Positions 1 to 8,431 of a DNA stretch of 64,000 nt are shown here, piece by piece. The stretch is from Candidatus Binatia bacterium (GTDB lineage Bacteria > Desulfobacterota > Binatia > UBA9968 > JAJDTQ01). The position numbers were made by a program, and so were the translations under genes. Numbering within the stretch: the stretch's first letter is position 1; every line of letters starts with the position of its first letter. The notes beneath the pieces were generated by a model. The model ran no database searches and had not been told where the DNA came from. It saw only the letters and a program-made list of their open reading frames with translations. The stretch covers positions 1,248,001 to 1,312,000 of the forward strand of contig OY762897.2 of the NCBI GenBank assembly GCA_963666515.2, read 5' to 3'.

Positions 1-1
1 G

Positions 2-370
2 GTGGAGCGCGAGCGGCGCTACGGCCACGCCTACACGGTGGAAGACCTGGGCAAGGCCTACCATCTCCGGCTGGAGTTCCCCACCCAGGTGCCGCGCCTG
101 GGTATCGCCATCGGGTCGAAACTGCCCCAGCGCATGCCGGACTATGACTATGACCTGGCGTTGAAGGAAGGCCAGTTGATCGTCAGGGGCAGGCTGCTGG
201 ATTCCCGCGTCCGCAAGATATCGTCGAGCATCGGCGCCTTCCCCCCGGAGTTCACCACGGTCATCCCGCTCCAGGACCGGGTCTATGGTTTCGCGCACGA
301 CCTCCGCAGCAAGGTCCTCGACGTCCTCCTGCTCAAGGAGAGCGCGGCGAGGCTGGGCTGGATCACCTAG
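2..370 (+). CDS. 5'-truncated hypothetical protein; C-terminal part resembles an HSP20/alpha-crystallin-like beta-sandwich
   Basis: ORF open from the window start with host-like GC3 codons; strand pattern YTVEDLGKAYHLRLEFP...LALKEGQLIVRG...FTTVIPL...VLDVLLLK. Confidence 0.5.
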   Translation: MERERRYGHAYTVEDLGKAYHLRLEFPTQVPRLGIAIGSKLPQRMPDYDYDLALKEGQLIVRGRLLDSRVRKISSSIGAFPPEFTTVIPLQDRVYGFAHDLRSKVLDVLLLKESAARLGWIT

Positions 371-410
371 CGTCCCGGGACGTAGATCGCTAGTGCTGCG
401 GGTTTCCTCA

Positions 411-869
411 ATGTCCGTACAGGCCGGCGAAGAGCTGCACCTGCGGAGCATGACCATCGCCGACATCGACGACGCCATGGCCATCGAGACCGCGGCGTTC
501 GGCAGTCCGTGGAGCCGGAAGTTCTTTCTCGAGGAGCTGCAGGCGGCGCGCGCCGGGTCCGTCCTGTGCCAGCGGGAAGGCAAGTCCATCGGCTACGTGA
601 TCTACTGGGAGCTTCCTGACGAGTTGGACATCCACAACGTCGCGGTGCACCCGCGCTACTGGCGGCAGGGAGTCGCGCGAGCCATGCTCGAGGAGATCAT
701 CGAGAACGCCACCAAGAGGGGCCTGCGGCGGATGACCCTGGAGGTCAGGAAGTCGAACGACGCCGCTCAAACCCTCTATCGGTCGCTCGGTTTCAGGGTA
801 TGCGGCCTGCGCAAGGGCTACTACTCGGACAACGGCGAGGACGCCTGGCTCATGGAGCGGAAGCTCTGA
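411..869 (+). CDS. rimI: ribosomal protein S18-alanine N-acetyltransferase (GNAT)
   Basis: Motifs F.SPWS, IHNVAVHP.Y.RQGVA, LEVRKSN.AAQ.LY..LGF...G.RKGYY....EDA; start taken at ATG 411. Confidence 0.92.
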   Translation: MSVQAGEELHLRSMTIADIDDAMAIETAAFGSPWSRKFFLEELQAARAGSVLCQREGKSIGYVIYWELPDELDIHNVAVHPRYWRQGVARAMLEEIIENATKRGLRRMTLEVRKSNDAAQTLYRSLGFRVCGLRKGYYSDNGEDAWLMERKL

Positions 870-966
870 CCGTCCTGCTCCCGACCCCTTCAAAAATTAC
901 TCGATACATTATATTTACATATATAATTACTTGAAATCAGGTAAGTATTTTGTGTCACGCTATTCC

Positions 967-997
967 TTGACCCCTCCTCTCCGAAGGTGTATATAAT
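967..997 (+). promoter_or_regulatory. putative sigma70 promoter of carD
   Basis: TTGACC (967-972) and TATAAT (992-997), 19-nt spacer, preceded by an AT-rich tract. Confidence 0.55.
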
Positions 998-1057
998 AGG
1001 GAGCCATCGGTTCCTGTCCCTCTTCCGCACACGGTTCTGACGTTCAAGGAGGAAAGA

Positions 1058-1543
1058 ATGTTCAAGGTCGGTGAGAAGGTCGTCTATCCCGCACATGGAG
1101 TCGGTGAGATCGAAGCAGTAAGGATTCAGGTTATTTCCGGGACCGAGAAGAAGTTCTACATGCTGCGCATCCTCGACACGGACATGAAGATCATGGTGCC
1201 CGTGGACAATGCCATGGCCGTGGGATTGAGGAAGATCATCGACAAGACGACCGTCACACGCGTCTACCGGATCCTGCGCGAAAAGAAGAAGGCCCCGGTG
1301 GACCAGCAGACCTGGAACCGCCGGTATCGGGAGTACACCGAGAAGATCAAGACCGGCTCGGTCATCGAGATTGCCGCGGTGCTCCGGGACCTGTTCCTCC
1401 TCAAGAGCGACAAGGAGCTTTCGTTCGGCGAGCGCAAGGTGCTGGACACCGCAAGGAACCTGCTGGTCAAGGAGCTGTCCATCGCCCGGTCGCACACCGA
1501 GGAAAAGATCATGGAGGAGCTGAGCCACATCTTCACGCAATAG
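1058..1543 (+). CDS. carD: CarD/CdnL family transcription factor
   Basis: MFKVGEKVVYPAHGVG, WNRRYRE, LSFGERK motifs; SD GGAGG upstream. Confidence 0.95.
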   Translation: MFKVGEKVVYPAHGVGEIEAVRIQVISGTEKKFYMLRILDTDMKIMVPVDNAMAVGLRKIIDKTTVTRVYRILREKKKAPVDQQTWNRRYREYTEKIKTGSVIEIAAVLRDLFLLKSDKELSFGERKVLDTARNLLVKELSIARSHTEEKIMEELSHIFTQ

Positions 1544-1564
1544 CGGAGGCTTGCGGTTGCGACG

Positions 1565-1599
1565 AAAGAGCTGAGGGGAATCCCTTCAGCTCTTTTTTT
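1565..1599 (+). terminator. Rho-independent terminator after carD
   Basis: Stem AAAGAGCTGAGGG/CCCTTCAGCTCTTT running into a T7 tract. Confidence 0.8.
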
Positions 1600-1617
1600 G
1601 TCGCGGGAGGGTTTCTC

Positions 1618-2307
1618 TTGCGAGTCAATGCCATCATCCTGGCCGCGGGCCGGGGGACCCGGATGGGAGACCAGGGGTCGAAGGTCCTGTTGAAGCTGTC
1701 CGGACGGCCGCTGATCCTGCACACCCTCGACCGCTTCGGGAGGTCGCGGGAGGTCGGCCGTGCCGTGCTCGTGGTGCCGCCCGATGAGGTGACGGGATAC
1801 GAAGAGCTGCTGCGCGCGGCGCCCTTGCCGGGGCTGGAGGTCGGGATCGCGCGGGGAGGGTCCCGCCGGCAGGATTCCGTCCGCGCGGGCCTCGACGCGC
1901 TGGACTCCGACTGCGAGTTCGTGGTCGTCCATGATGGAGCGCGGCCCTTTGCGGCGCCCGACCTCATCGACCGCTGCGTCCGGGAATCGCGCCGGAACCG
2001 CTCGGTGACCGCGGCGGTGCCGGCCCGCAACACCATCAAGACCGTGTTCGACGGACAGGTGAAGGAGACGCTCGTCCGCAGCCACCTGTGGGAGACACAG
2101 ACCCCCCAGGCGTTTCCGGTGCGGGTGCTCCGGGACGCCTACGAACGCGCCGGCAGGGAAGGGGTGGAGGCCACCGACGACGCCATGCTGGTGGAGCGCA
2201 TGGGAGTGTCGGTGCGGGTGGTGGAGGGAAGCACGGTCAACCTCAAGGTCACCTATCCCGAGGACATGCTGTTCGCCGAGGCTCTCGTCAGTCGAGGGAT
2301 GGTTTGA
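1618..2307 (+). CDS. ispD: 2-C-methyl-D-erythritol 4-phosphate cytidylyltransferase
   Basis: AAGRGTRMG, GGSRRQDSV, VHDGARP, QTPQAF, TDDA, NLKVT motifs. Confidence 0.95.
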   Translation: MRVNAIILAAGRGTRMGDQGSKVLLKLSGRPLILHTLDRFGRSREVGRAVLVVPPDEVTGYEELLRAAPLPGLEVGIARGGSRRQDSVRAGLDALDSDCEFVVVHDGARPFAAPDLIDRCVRESRRNRSVTAAVPARNTIKTVFDGQVKETLVRSHLWETQTPQAFPVRVLRDAYERAGREGVEATDDAMLVERMGVSVRVVEGSTVNLKVTYPEDMLFAEALVSRGMV

Positions 2308-2333
2308 GACGCCGGCGGGCGCGGTTGCGGGGA

Positions 2334-2411
2334 TGGCGTCCCCGACGGGATTTGAACCCGTGTTGCCGGCGTGAAAGGCCGGTGTCCTGGGCCAGGCTAG
2401 ACGACGGGGAC
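2334..2411 (-). tRNA. tRNA-Glu (anticodon TTC)
   Basis: Reverse complement GTCCCCGTCGTCTAGCCTGGCCCAGGACACCGGCCTTTCACGCCGGCAACACGGGTTCAAATCCCGTCGGGGACGCCA folds as a cloverleaf with T-loop GTTCAAATC and encoded CCA. Confidence 0.97.
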
Positions 2412-2484
2412 CGCTCGGATCGGAGAACCTGAACGAATAACAGAAAACCGGAGGCTTGGAAAGCTCCGGCGCGCCGCTACGCCG

Positions 2485-3405
2485 CTAGACCCGCGTGCTG
2501 AGATACCGTTCGCCGCTGTCGCAAAGCATCGTGACCACCCGGTGGCCCTTGCCCATGGCCTTGGCCACCTGCATGGCGGCGAAGCAGTTGGCGCCGGACG
2601 AGATGCCGACGAAGACGCCTTCCTCCACCGCCAGCCGGTGCGTGGTGGCCGCGGCGTCCTCGTCGCTCACGGTGATGACCTCGTCGTAGATCCGGGTGTT
2701 GAGAATGGGGGGTACGAAACCCGCGCCGATTCCCTGGATCTTGTGGTAGCCGGGCTCTCCATCGGACAGCACGGGCGAGGCCGCGGGCTCGACGGCGTAT
2801 ATCCTCACGGCGGGGAACCTGTCCCGGAGCACCTCGCCCACTCCGGTGATGGTGCCCCCGGTGCCGACGCCGCTGACGAACGCGTCCACGTGCCCGAGCT
2901 GGCTCAGCAGCTCCACCGCGGTGGTCTCCCGGTGGGCCGCCGGATTGGCGGGATTGGTGAACTGTTGCGGCATGAAGAAGTCCGGATGCTCGTTGGCCAG
3001 CTCCTCGGCCCTGCGAATGGCTCCCCCCATTCCCTTGGTGTCGGGGGTCAGGATCAGGCGCGCGCCGTAGGCGACCAGGAGATTGCGTCTCTCCTCGCTC
3101 ATGGTATCAGGCATCGTCAGGATCAGGCGATACCCCTTCACAGCGGCCACCAGGGCCAGGCCGATGCCGGTGTTGCCGCTGGTGGGCTCCACGATGGTGC
3201 CTCCGGGCTTCAGCAGGCCCTTGCGCTCGCCGTCCTCGATCATGCTGCGGCAGATGCGGTCCTTGACCGAGCCGCCGGGATTGAGCGACTCGAGCTTGCC
3301 CCAGACCTCGGCGTCCTCCTTGCCCGGCAGCTTCGTCAGACGCACGACGGGGGTGGAGCCGATGAGGTCGAGCACGGACCTTGCACACGTGGAGGTTGTC
3401 GCCAT
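2485..3405 (-). CDS. cysK: cysteine synthase A (O-acetylserine sulfhydrylase)
   Basis: PLP lysine motif SVKDR, EPTSGNTG, GTGGT, HKIQGIG, DSGERYLST. Confidence 0.95.
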   Translation of the reverse strand: MATTSTCARSVLDLIGSTPVVRLTKLPGKEDAEVWGKLESLNPGGSVKDRICRSMIEDGERKGLLKPGGTIVEPTSGNTGIGLALVAAVKGYRLILTMPDTMSEERRNLLVAYGARLILTPDTKGMGGAIRRAEELANEHPDFFMPQQFTNPANPAAHRETTAVELLSQLGHVDAFVSGVGTGGTITGVGEVLRDRFPAVRIYAVEPAASPVLSDGEPGYHKIQGIGAGFVPPILNTRIYDEVITVSDEDAAATTHRLAVEEGVFVGISSGANCFAAMQVAKAMGKGHRVVTMLCDSGERYLSTRV

Positions 3406-3437
3406 GGGGTTGGAGGTGAGAATGGAACGCGCCCGGT

Positions 3438-3466
3438 ATGATAGAGTCCGCCCGGATCAAAGTCAA
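3438..3466 (-). promoter_or_regulatory. putative sigma70 promoter of cysK
   Basis: Minus strand TTGACT-17 nt-TATCAT. Confidence 0.65.
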
Positions 3467-3480
3467 TGCGCGCGCTTTCC

Positions 3481-3509
3481 TTGACACCTCGTCCGGGCGA
3501 ATCAATAAT
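3481..3509 (+). promoter_or_regulatory. putative sigma70 promoter of the DUF1844-degQ operon
   Basis: TTGACA-17 nt-AATAAT, divergent from the cysK promoter. Confidence 0.65.
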
Positions 3510-3545
3510 GGTGGAATAGCGTAGATCAGGCCGAGGAGAGCTTCC

Positions 3546-3962
3546 ATGAGCGAGGAAACCGACGCCCCTAAGGGGTTCAAGGTGCACGACAAACGCCGCT
3601 TCACCGACGAGGGCGAAGCGCGCGAGGAGCCGGCGGGCGGGGAGGAGCCGGCGTCCGAACCCGCGCCCGACCCGGAGCCGGGTCCTGAGCCGGAAGACCG
3701 CGTGGAGGAGCTTCCATCCATCAACTTCTCCACCTTCATCATCAGCTTGAGCACCCAGGCGCTGATGCATCTCGGAGAGATGATCAATCCGGTCACCGGC
3801 AAGGTGGAGAAGGACGTGGCCGTGGCCAAGCAGACCATCGACATCATCGGCATGCTCGGCGAGAAGAGCAAGGGAAATCTCGACGAGACCGAGGAACAGC
3901 TCGTTCAGGAAGTCCTGTACAACCTCAGGATGAAATACGTGGAGGCCGTTCGGACGACATGA
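3546..3962 (+). CDS. DUF1844 family protein
   Basis: GFKV.DKRRF N-terminus; FSTFIISL...AL.HLGE..NP.TG, AKQTID....L.EK.KGNL...E, LYNLRM.YV pattern. Confidence 0.85.
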   Translation: MSEETDAPKGFKVHDKRRFTDEGEAREEPAGGEEPASEPAPDPEPGPEPEDRVEELPSINFSTFIISLSTQALMHLGEMINPVTGKVEKDVAVAKQTIDIIGMLGEKSKGNLDETEEQLVQEVLYNLRMKYVEAVRTT

Positions 3963-5365
3963 CGCTCGGAACACGCACCCGTACGTTGTTGTCGCTGGCC
4001 TGGGTGGTCATGCTTGCCGCGGGGGCGGCTCATGCGAGCACGCGCATGAGCCTGCCCGATTTCGTCACCCTGTCGAAGCAGGTGCGGCCGCTGGTGGTGC
4101 ACATCTCCTCGACGCCCTCGGCGCAATCGCCGTCGGCCCCGGGTCCCTTCGGCGACGACGATCCTTTCAACGACTTCTGGCGGCGCTTCTTCGGCGAGCG
4201 CTTCCCGCGCAATCCGGCGCCGAGTCCGCGCCGCAGCGTGGGCTCCGGCTTCATCGTGGATTCCAGCGGCTACATCCTCACCAACGACCACGTCGTCGAG
4301 GACGGGCAGGAGCTGACGGTCAAGCTGTCGGACGGCTCCGAGCACCAGGCCCGGGTGGCCGGCCGCGATCCCAAGACCGACATCGCGCTGATCAAGATCG
4401 ACGTCGACCGCGAGCTGCCGGTGGTGGCGCTGGGCGACTCGGCCGCGCTGGAAGTCGGCGAGTGGGTGCTGGCCATCGGCAATCCCTTCGGCCTGGAGCA
4501 CACGGTGACCTCGGGCATCGTGAGCGCCAAGGGGCGCCGCATCGGCGCCGGACCCTACGACAACTTCATTCAGACCGACGCCTCCATCAACCCCGGCAAT
4601 TCGGGCGGCCCCCTGATCAACCTGCGGGGCGAGGTGGTGGGGGTGAACACCGCGATCTTCAGCCGGGGCGGCGGCAACATCGGCATCGGTTTCGCCATAC
4701 CCATCAACCTGGTGAAGGGACTGCTGTCGCAGCTCAAGGACGAGGGCAAGGTCACTCGGGGCTGGCTTGGCGTGGTCATCCAGGACGTCAACGCCGAGAT
4801 GGCCGAGGCCCTCGGCATGCGTGAAGCCCGGGGAGCGCTGGTGGCCAACGTCGCCAAGGGGAGCCCGGCGGAGGCCGGCGGCGTCCAGGTGGGGGACGTC
4901 ATCATCGGCTTCGACGGCGCCCCCGTCGGCAAGGCCAGCGAGCTTTCGCTGGCGGTGGCCCGGACGCCGGTGGGGAAGGCCGTCGACGTCGCGGTGGTGC
5001 GCAACGGACGGAACGTCACCGCAAGGGTGCAGATCGCGAGGATGGGCGACGAGGAGACGGTGGTGGAGGTGGAGGACGGCAGCGACCTCGGCCTGACGGT
5101 CCGGGAGATGACCCGCGATTCTGCGGGGAGCCGGCGGACCCGGGAGCCGGAAGGGGTGGTCGTGACCGACGTGGAGTCCGGCAGCCCGGCGGACCGGGCG
5201 GGTATCCGGGCCGGCGACGTGATCATCGAGATCGACCGCAAACGGATCGGCGGCCTGAAGGACTTCAGGCGGATCGTCGGAGAGCTGGCCAGGGGCAGCG
5301 GCATTCTGTTCCTGATACGGCGTGAAGACACGACCATCTTCCTTGCCTTGCGCCTTCCCGGTTGA
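3959..5365 (+). CDS. DegQ/HtrA family periplasmic serine protease with two PDZ domains
   Basis: Signal peptide; catalytic motifs TNDHVV, TDIAL, GNSGGP; two PDZ-like repeats. Confidence 0.95.
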   Translation: MTLGTRTRTLLSLAWVVMLAAGAAHASTRMSLPDFVTLSKQVRPLVVHISSTPSAQSPSAPGPFGDDDPFNDFWRRFFGERFPRNPAPSPRRSVGSGFIVDSSGYILTNDHVVEDGQELTVKLSDGSEHQARVAGRDPKTDIALIKIDVDRELPVVALGDSAALEVGEWVLAIGNPFGLEHTVTSGIVSAKGRRIGAGPYDNFIQTDASINPGNSGGPLINLRGEVVGVNTAIFSRGGGNIGIGFAIPINLVKGLLSQLKDEGKVTRGWLGVVIQDVNAEMAEALGMREARGALVANVAKGSPAEAGGVQVGDVIIGFDGAPVGKASELSLAVARTPVGKAVDVAVVRNGRNVTARVQIARMGDEETVVEVEDGSDLGLTVREMTRDSAGSRRTREPEGVVVTDVESGSPADRAGIRAGDVIIEIDRKRIGGLKDFRRIVGELARGSGILFLIRREDTTIFLALRLPG

Positions 5366-5377
5366 AGTGGCTCGATC

Positions 5378-7678
5378 ATGAGAGGCGGCTTGAAGAGAAC
5401 CTTCATACGGCTGGTCAAGGTCTCCGCGGCGCTGCTTTTCCTGCTGGTCCTCGGCGGACTGGGCCTGGGAGGGTGGTACGTATGGCACCTGAGCACCGTG
5501 GTGCAGACCAAGTTCGAAGGGCGCAAGTGGGAGTTCCCCTCCAAAATCTACGCGGACAGCAAGATCATCTATCCGGGCATGAGCTTCCCCGCCGGCCAGA
5601 TCCGCGAGAAGCTGCGGCGTCTGGGCTACCGGTCTTCCAGGAGCCGGCCGAGGTCCAAGGGTGAATACCGGGTGCACGGCAAGGCCGCGGTGATCGAGGT
5701 CTTCCTGCACGATTTCCAGTACCCGCTGCGCGAGTTCCAGGGCTTCCCCGTGCGCATCTCCCTGAAATCCGGGATCATCCACCGCATCCAGCGGCTGGAC
5801 AACGGGGAAGTCCTGCCGTCCCTGGAGCTGGAACCCGAGCTGGTGACGGGGTTCTTCGACCGGGTGCGCGAACAGCGGCGGATCGTCCGGCTGGAAGAGG
5901 TGCCGGCGAGGCTGAGGAAGGCGATCCTGTCGGTAGAAGACGAGCGCTTCTACTATCACCGCGGCGTGGACCCGGTGGCGGTGCTGCGGGCCTTTCTGGC
6001 CAACGTGCGCCGTGGAGGAGTCGTGCAGGGCGGCAGCACGTTGACCCAGCAGTTGATGAAGAACTTCTTCCTGGAGAGTGACCGCACCATCGAGCGCAAG
6101 GCCAAGGAAGCGCTCATGGCGCTGGTGACCGAGTGGATGTACACCAAGGACGAGATCCTCGAAAACTACCTCAACGAGATCTATCTCGGCCAGAACGGCG
6201 CGCAGGGCATCTTCGGGATCTGGGAAGCGGCGCGCTTCTACTTCGTCAAGGAACCGGAACAGTTGACCGTCGGCGAGACCGCCATGCTGGCGGGTCTCAT
6301 CAGGGCGCCCAACAGGTATTCTCCCTATCGGAGCATCGAGGACGCCATCGGGCGGCGCAACGTCATCCTGGCCAAGCTGGTGGGCGACGGCATCATCACC
6401 CGGCGCGCCTACGAACGGGCGTTGCAGGAGGTCTTCGAGAAGCGGGAGCCCATACGGCTCACCAACGGCGCGCCGTATTTCACCGACTACGTGAAGAAGG
6501 AGCTGGCCGCCCACTACAGCAACGACGTGTTGACCGCCGAGGGGCTGCGCATCTTCACGAGTCTGGACCTGGAGGCCCAGCAGGCCGCCGCGGCGGCCCT
6601 GTCCAGGGGGCTCGGGAGGCTGGAGAAGGACTATGGGCACTTGCGCAAGATCGCCAAGACCGACGATCTGGAGGGCGCCCTGGTGGTGATCAAGCCGCAG
6701 ACCGGCGAGATCAAGGCCATGGTCGGCGGCCGTGACTACCGCAAGTCCCAGTTCAACCGGGTGGCTCAGGCCAAGCGGCAACCCGGCTCGGTCTTCAAGC
6801 CGTTCGTTTTTCTGGCCGCCTTGACCCACGGCTCGGCCCAGAGTCAGGAGCCCTATCACAGCACGACGTTCGTGGAAGACGCGCCGTTCACGTGGAGCTA
6901 CGGCCGCCAGAACTGGGCGCCGGAGAACTACAAGCAACGGTACTACGGCTGGGTGACCATGCGCGAGGCCATGGAGAAGTCCCTGAACGCCGCGACCGCG
7001 CGCATCGCGCAGGACGTGGGCATCAAGAAGGTGCGCGAGATGGCTTACCGGATGGGTATCCAGAGCCGGCTTCCGCTGCTGCCGTCGCTGGCCCTGGGCG
7101 CGGTCGAAGTCACGCCCCTCGAAATGGCGGGAGCGTTTTCGGCCCTGGCCAACAACGGCATCCGCACCCACCTGCTGTCCATCAAGAACGTGCTGGACCG
7201 CAACGGCAACGTGCTGGAGAAGCGGAACATCCGGGTGAAGCGGGTCATCTCGCCTCAGGTGGCTTTCGACATGAATAATATGCTGCGCGGCGTGGTGGAC
7301 CGCGGCACGGCGCGCGGCGCGCGCCGCCTGGGTTTCACGCGCCCCGCGGCCGGGAAGACCGGCACCACCAACGACGCCAGGGACGCTTGGTTCGCGGGCT
7401 ACACCCCCGACCTGCTGGCGCTGGTGTGGGTCGGCTTCGACCGCCAGTCGGAGTTGGGGCTCGCGGGGTCGCAGGCCGCCCTGCCCATCTGGACCGACTT
7501 CATGAAGAAGGCTACCAGCAGGGTTCCGGTCACGGATTTCGTGACCCCTCCAGGGGTCTCGGCCTTCGAGGCCGGCCCGCGTGCCGCCGGCGCCTCGCGG
7601 TGCCCGGGCGGAGTCCAGGGAGGGGATTCCGGCGCGGAAGGGACCCGGCCTGCGGCATCGGTGGCGACATGCGGGTAG
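5378..7678 (+). CDS. mrcB: class A penicillin-binding protein 1B (UB2H-like + transglycosylase + transpeptidase)
   Basis: N-terminal TM; UB2H-like segment (LRRLGYR...GEY); EDERF..H.G, GGSTLTQQ, ILENYLNEIYLG; SVFK, SLN and KTG motifs. Confidence 0.88.
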   Translation: MRGGLKRTFIRLVKVSAALLFLLVLGGLGLGGWYVWHLSTVVQTKFEGRKWEFPSKIYADSKIIYPGMSFPAGQIREKLRRLGYRSSRSRPRSKGEYRVHGKAAVIEVFLHDFQYPLREFQGFPVRISLKSGIIHRIQRLDNGEVLPSLELEPELVTGFFDRVREQRRIVRLEEVPARLRKAILSVEDERFYYHRGVDPVAVLRAFLANVRRGGVVQGGSTLTQQLMKNFFLESDRTIERKAKEALMALVTEWMYTKDEILENYLNEIYLGQNGAQGIFGIWEAARFYFVKEPEQLTVGETAMLAGLIRAPNRYSPYRSIEDAIGRRNVILAKLVGDGIITRRAYERALQEVFEKREPIRLTNGAPYFTDYVKKELAAHYSNDVLTAEGLRIFTSLDLEAQQAAAAALSRGLGRLEKDYGHLRKIAKTDDLEGALVVIKPQTGEIKAMVGGRDYRKSQFNRVAQAKRQPGSVFKPFVFLAALTHGSAQSQEPYHSTTFVEDAPFTWSYGRQNWAPENYKQRYYGWVTMREAMEKSLNAATARIAQDVGIKKVREMAYRMGIQSRLPLLPSLALGAVEVTPLEMAGAFSALANNGIRTHLLSIKNVLDRNGNVLEKRNIRVKRVISPQVAFDMNNMLRGVVDRGTARGARRLGFTRPAAGKTGTTNDARDAWFAGYTPDLLALVWVGFDRQSELGLAGSQAALPIWTDFMKKATSRVPVTDFVTPPGVSAFEAGPRAAGASRCPGGVQGGDSGAEGTRPAASVATCG

Positions 7679-7718
7679 GGACGGCCCTGGAGCCCGCCGG
7701 CGGCGCGGGCGTCGCGCC

Positions 7719-8342
7719 ATGATACGGTTCGGCCGTCTGTTGCAGGCCACCGTCTGGCTGGTGGCGGCTTCCATGATGTCGGCGTGCGCGATGCAGCAGG
7801 GACCCGCTCCTTCACCGGGGAAGGAGGGCGGCTCGTCCGCGGCCGCGGCGATGAGGCCCTCATCCCGAGGCATGGGGAGATCCCCGGCGCCCGGCGTGTC
7901 GGGGACGGCGCCGGAGCGCAGCCTGCGGATGCAGCGCGGTTCGTCGCCCCAGCGCGTCGCGTCGGTGCGCATGACCGAGCGGGCGGTGCGGCTGCTCCGC
8001 TCCGGTCAGCACGACCGGGCTTTGAGTGAGCTGGAAAAGAGCCTTTCCACCGACGGCACCAATCCGTATGCCCATTACTACATCGCGGTGGCCCACTACC
8101 GGTTGGGCGACTTCAAGGCTTCGCTGGACTTCCTGGACGCGGTCGAGTCCGTCCTGGGCCGCGACCCTTCGTGGTTCGTGCAGGGCCTGGTCCTTCGAGG
8201 CGACAACCTTCGGGCCCTGGGCCGGTTCGGCGCCGCGGGGGAGGCCTATCGGAGGGCTCTCTCCATGGATGCGGCCAATCCGTCGGCCGCCCGCGGTCTT
8301 CAGTGGACCCGGCAGCGTTCGCGGCAGGTCCGGTCGTGGTAG
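7719..8342 (+). CDS. TPR-repeat lipoprotein (LpoP-like)
   Basis: Lipobox-like MMSAC, low-complexity linker, TPR-like helices (ALSELEKSL...NPYAHYYIA...; GDNLRALG..GAAGEAYRRAL). Confidence 0.75.
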   Translation: MIRFGRLLQATVWLVAASMMSACAMQQGPAPSPGKEGGSSAAAAMRPSSRGMGRSPAPGVSGTAPERSLRMQRGSSPQRVASVRMTERAVRLLRSGQHDRALSELEKSLSTDGTNPYAHYYIAVAHYRLGDFKASLDFLDAVESVLGRDPSWFVQGLVLRGDNLRALGRFGAAGEAYRRALSMDAANPSAARGLQWTRQRSRQVRSW

Positions 8343-8431
8343 ACTCGTCGTGCCGCCTCCGTGCGGTTCGGGAAACCGCGTCGGCGGGACGCGACGGTAC
8401 AGATTCGGTACGAATTCAATGGAGGTGAGTC

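Noticed and set aside
2334-2411. tRNA-Glu as a prophage or island attachment site
   Set aside because: No integrase and no duplicated tRNA 3' end seen in the window; both flanks are core genes
3905-7972. 1355-aa minus-strand ORF, and similar long ORFs at 41153-44245, 55133-58435, 31834-33927 and 15327-17504
   Set aside because: Antisense shadows of well-supported genes in GC3-rich DNA; no recognisable motifs
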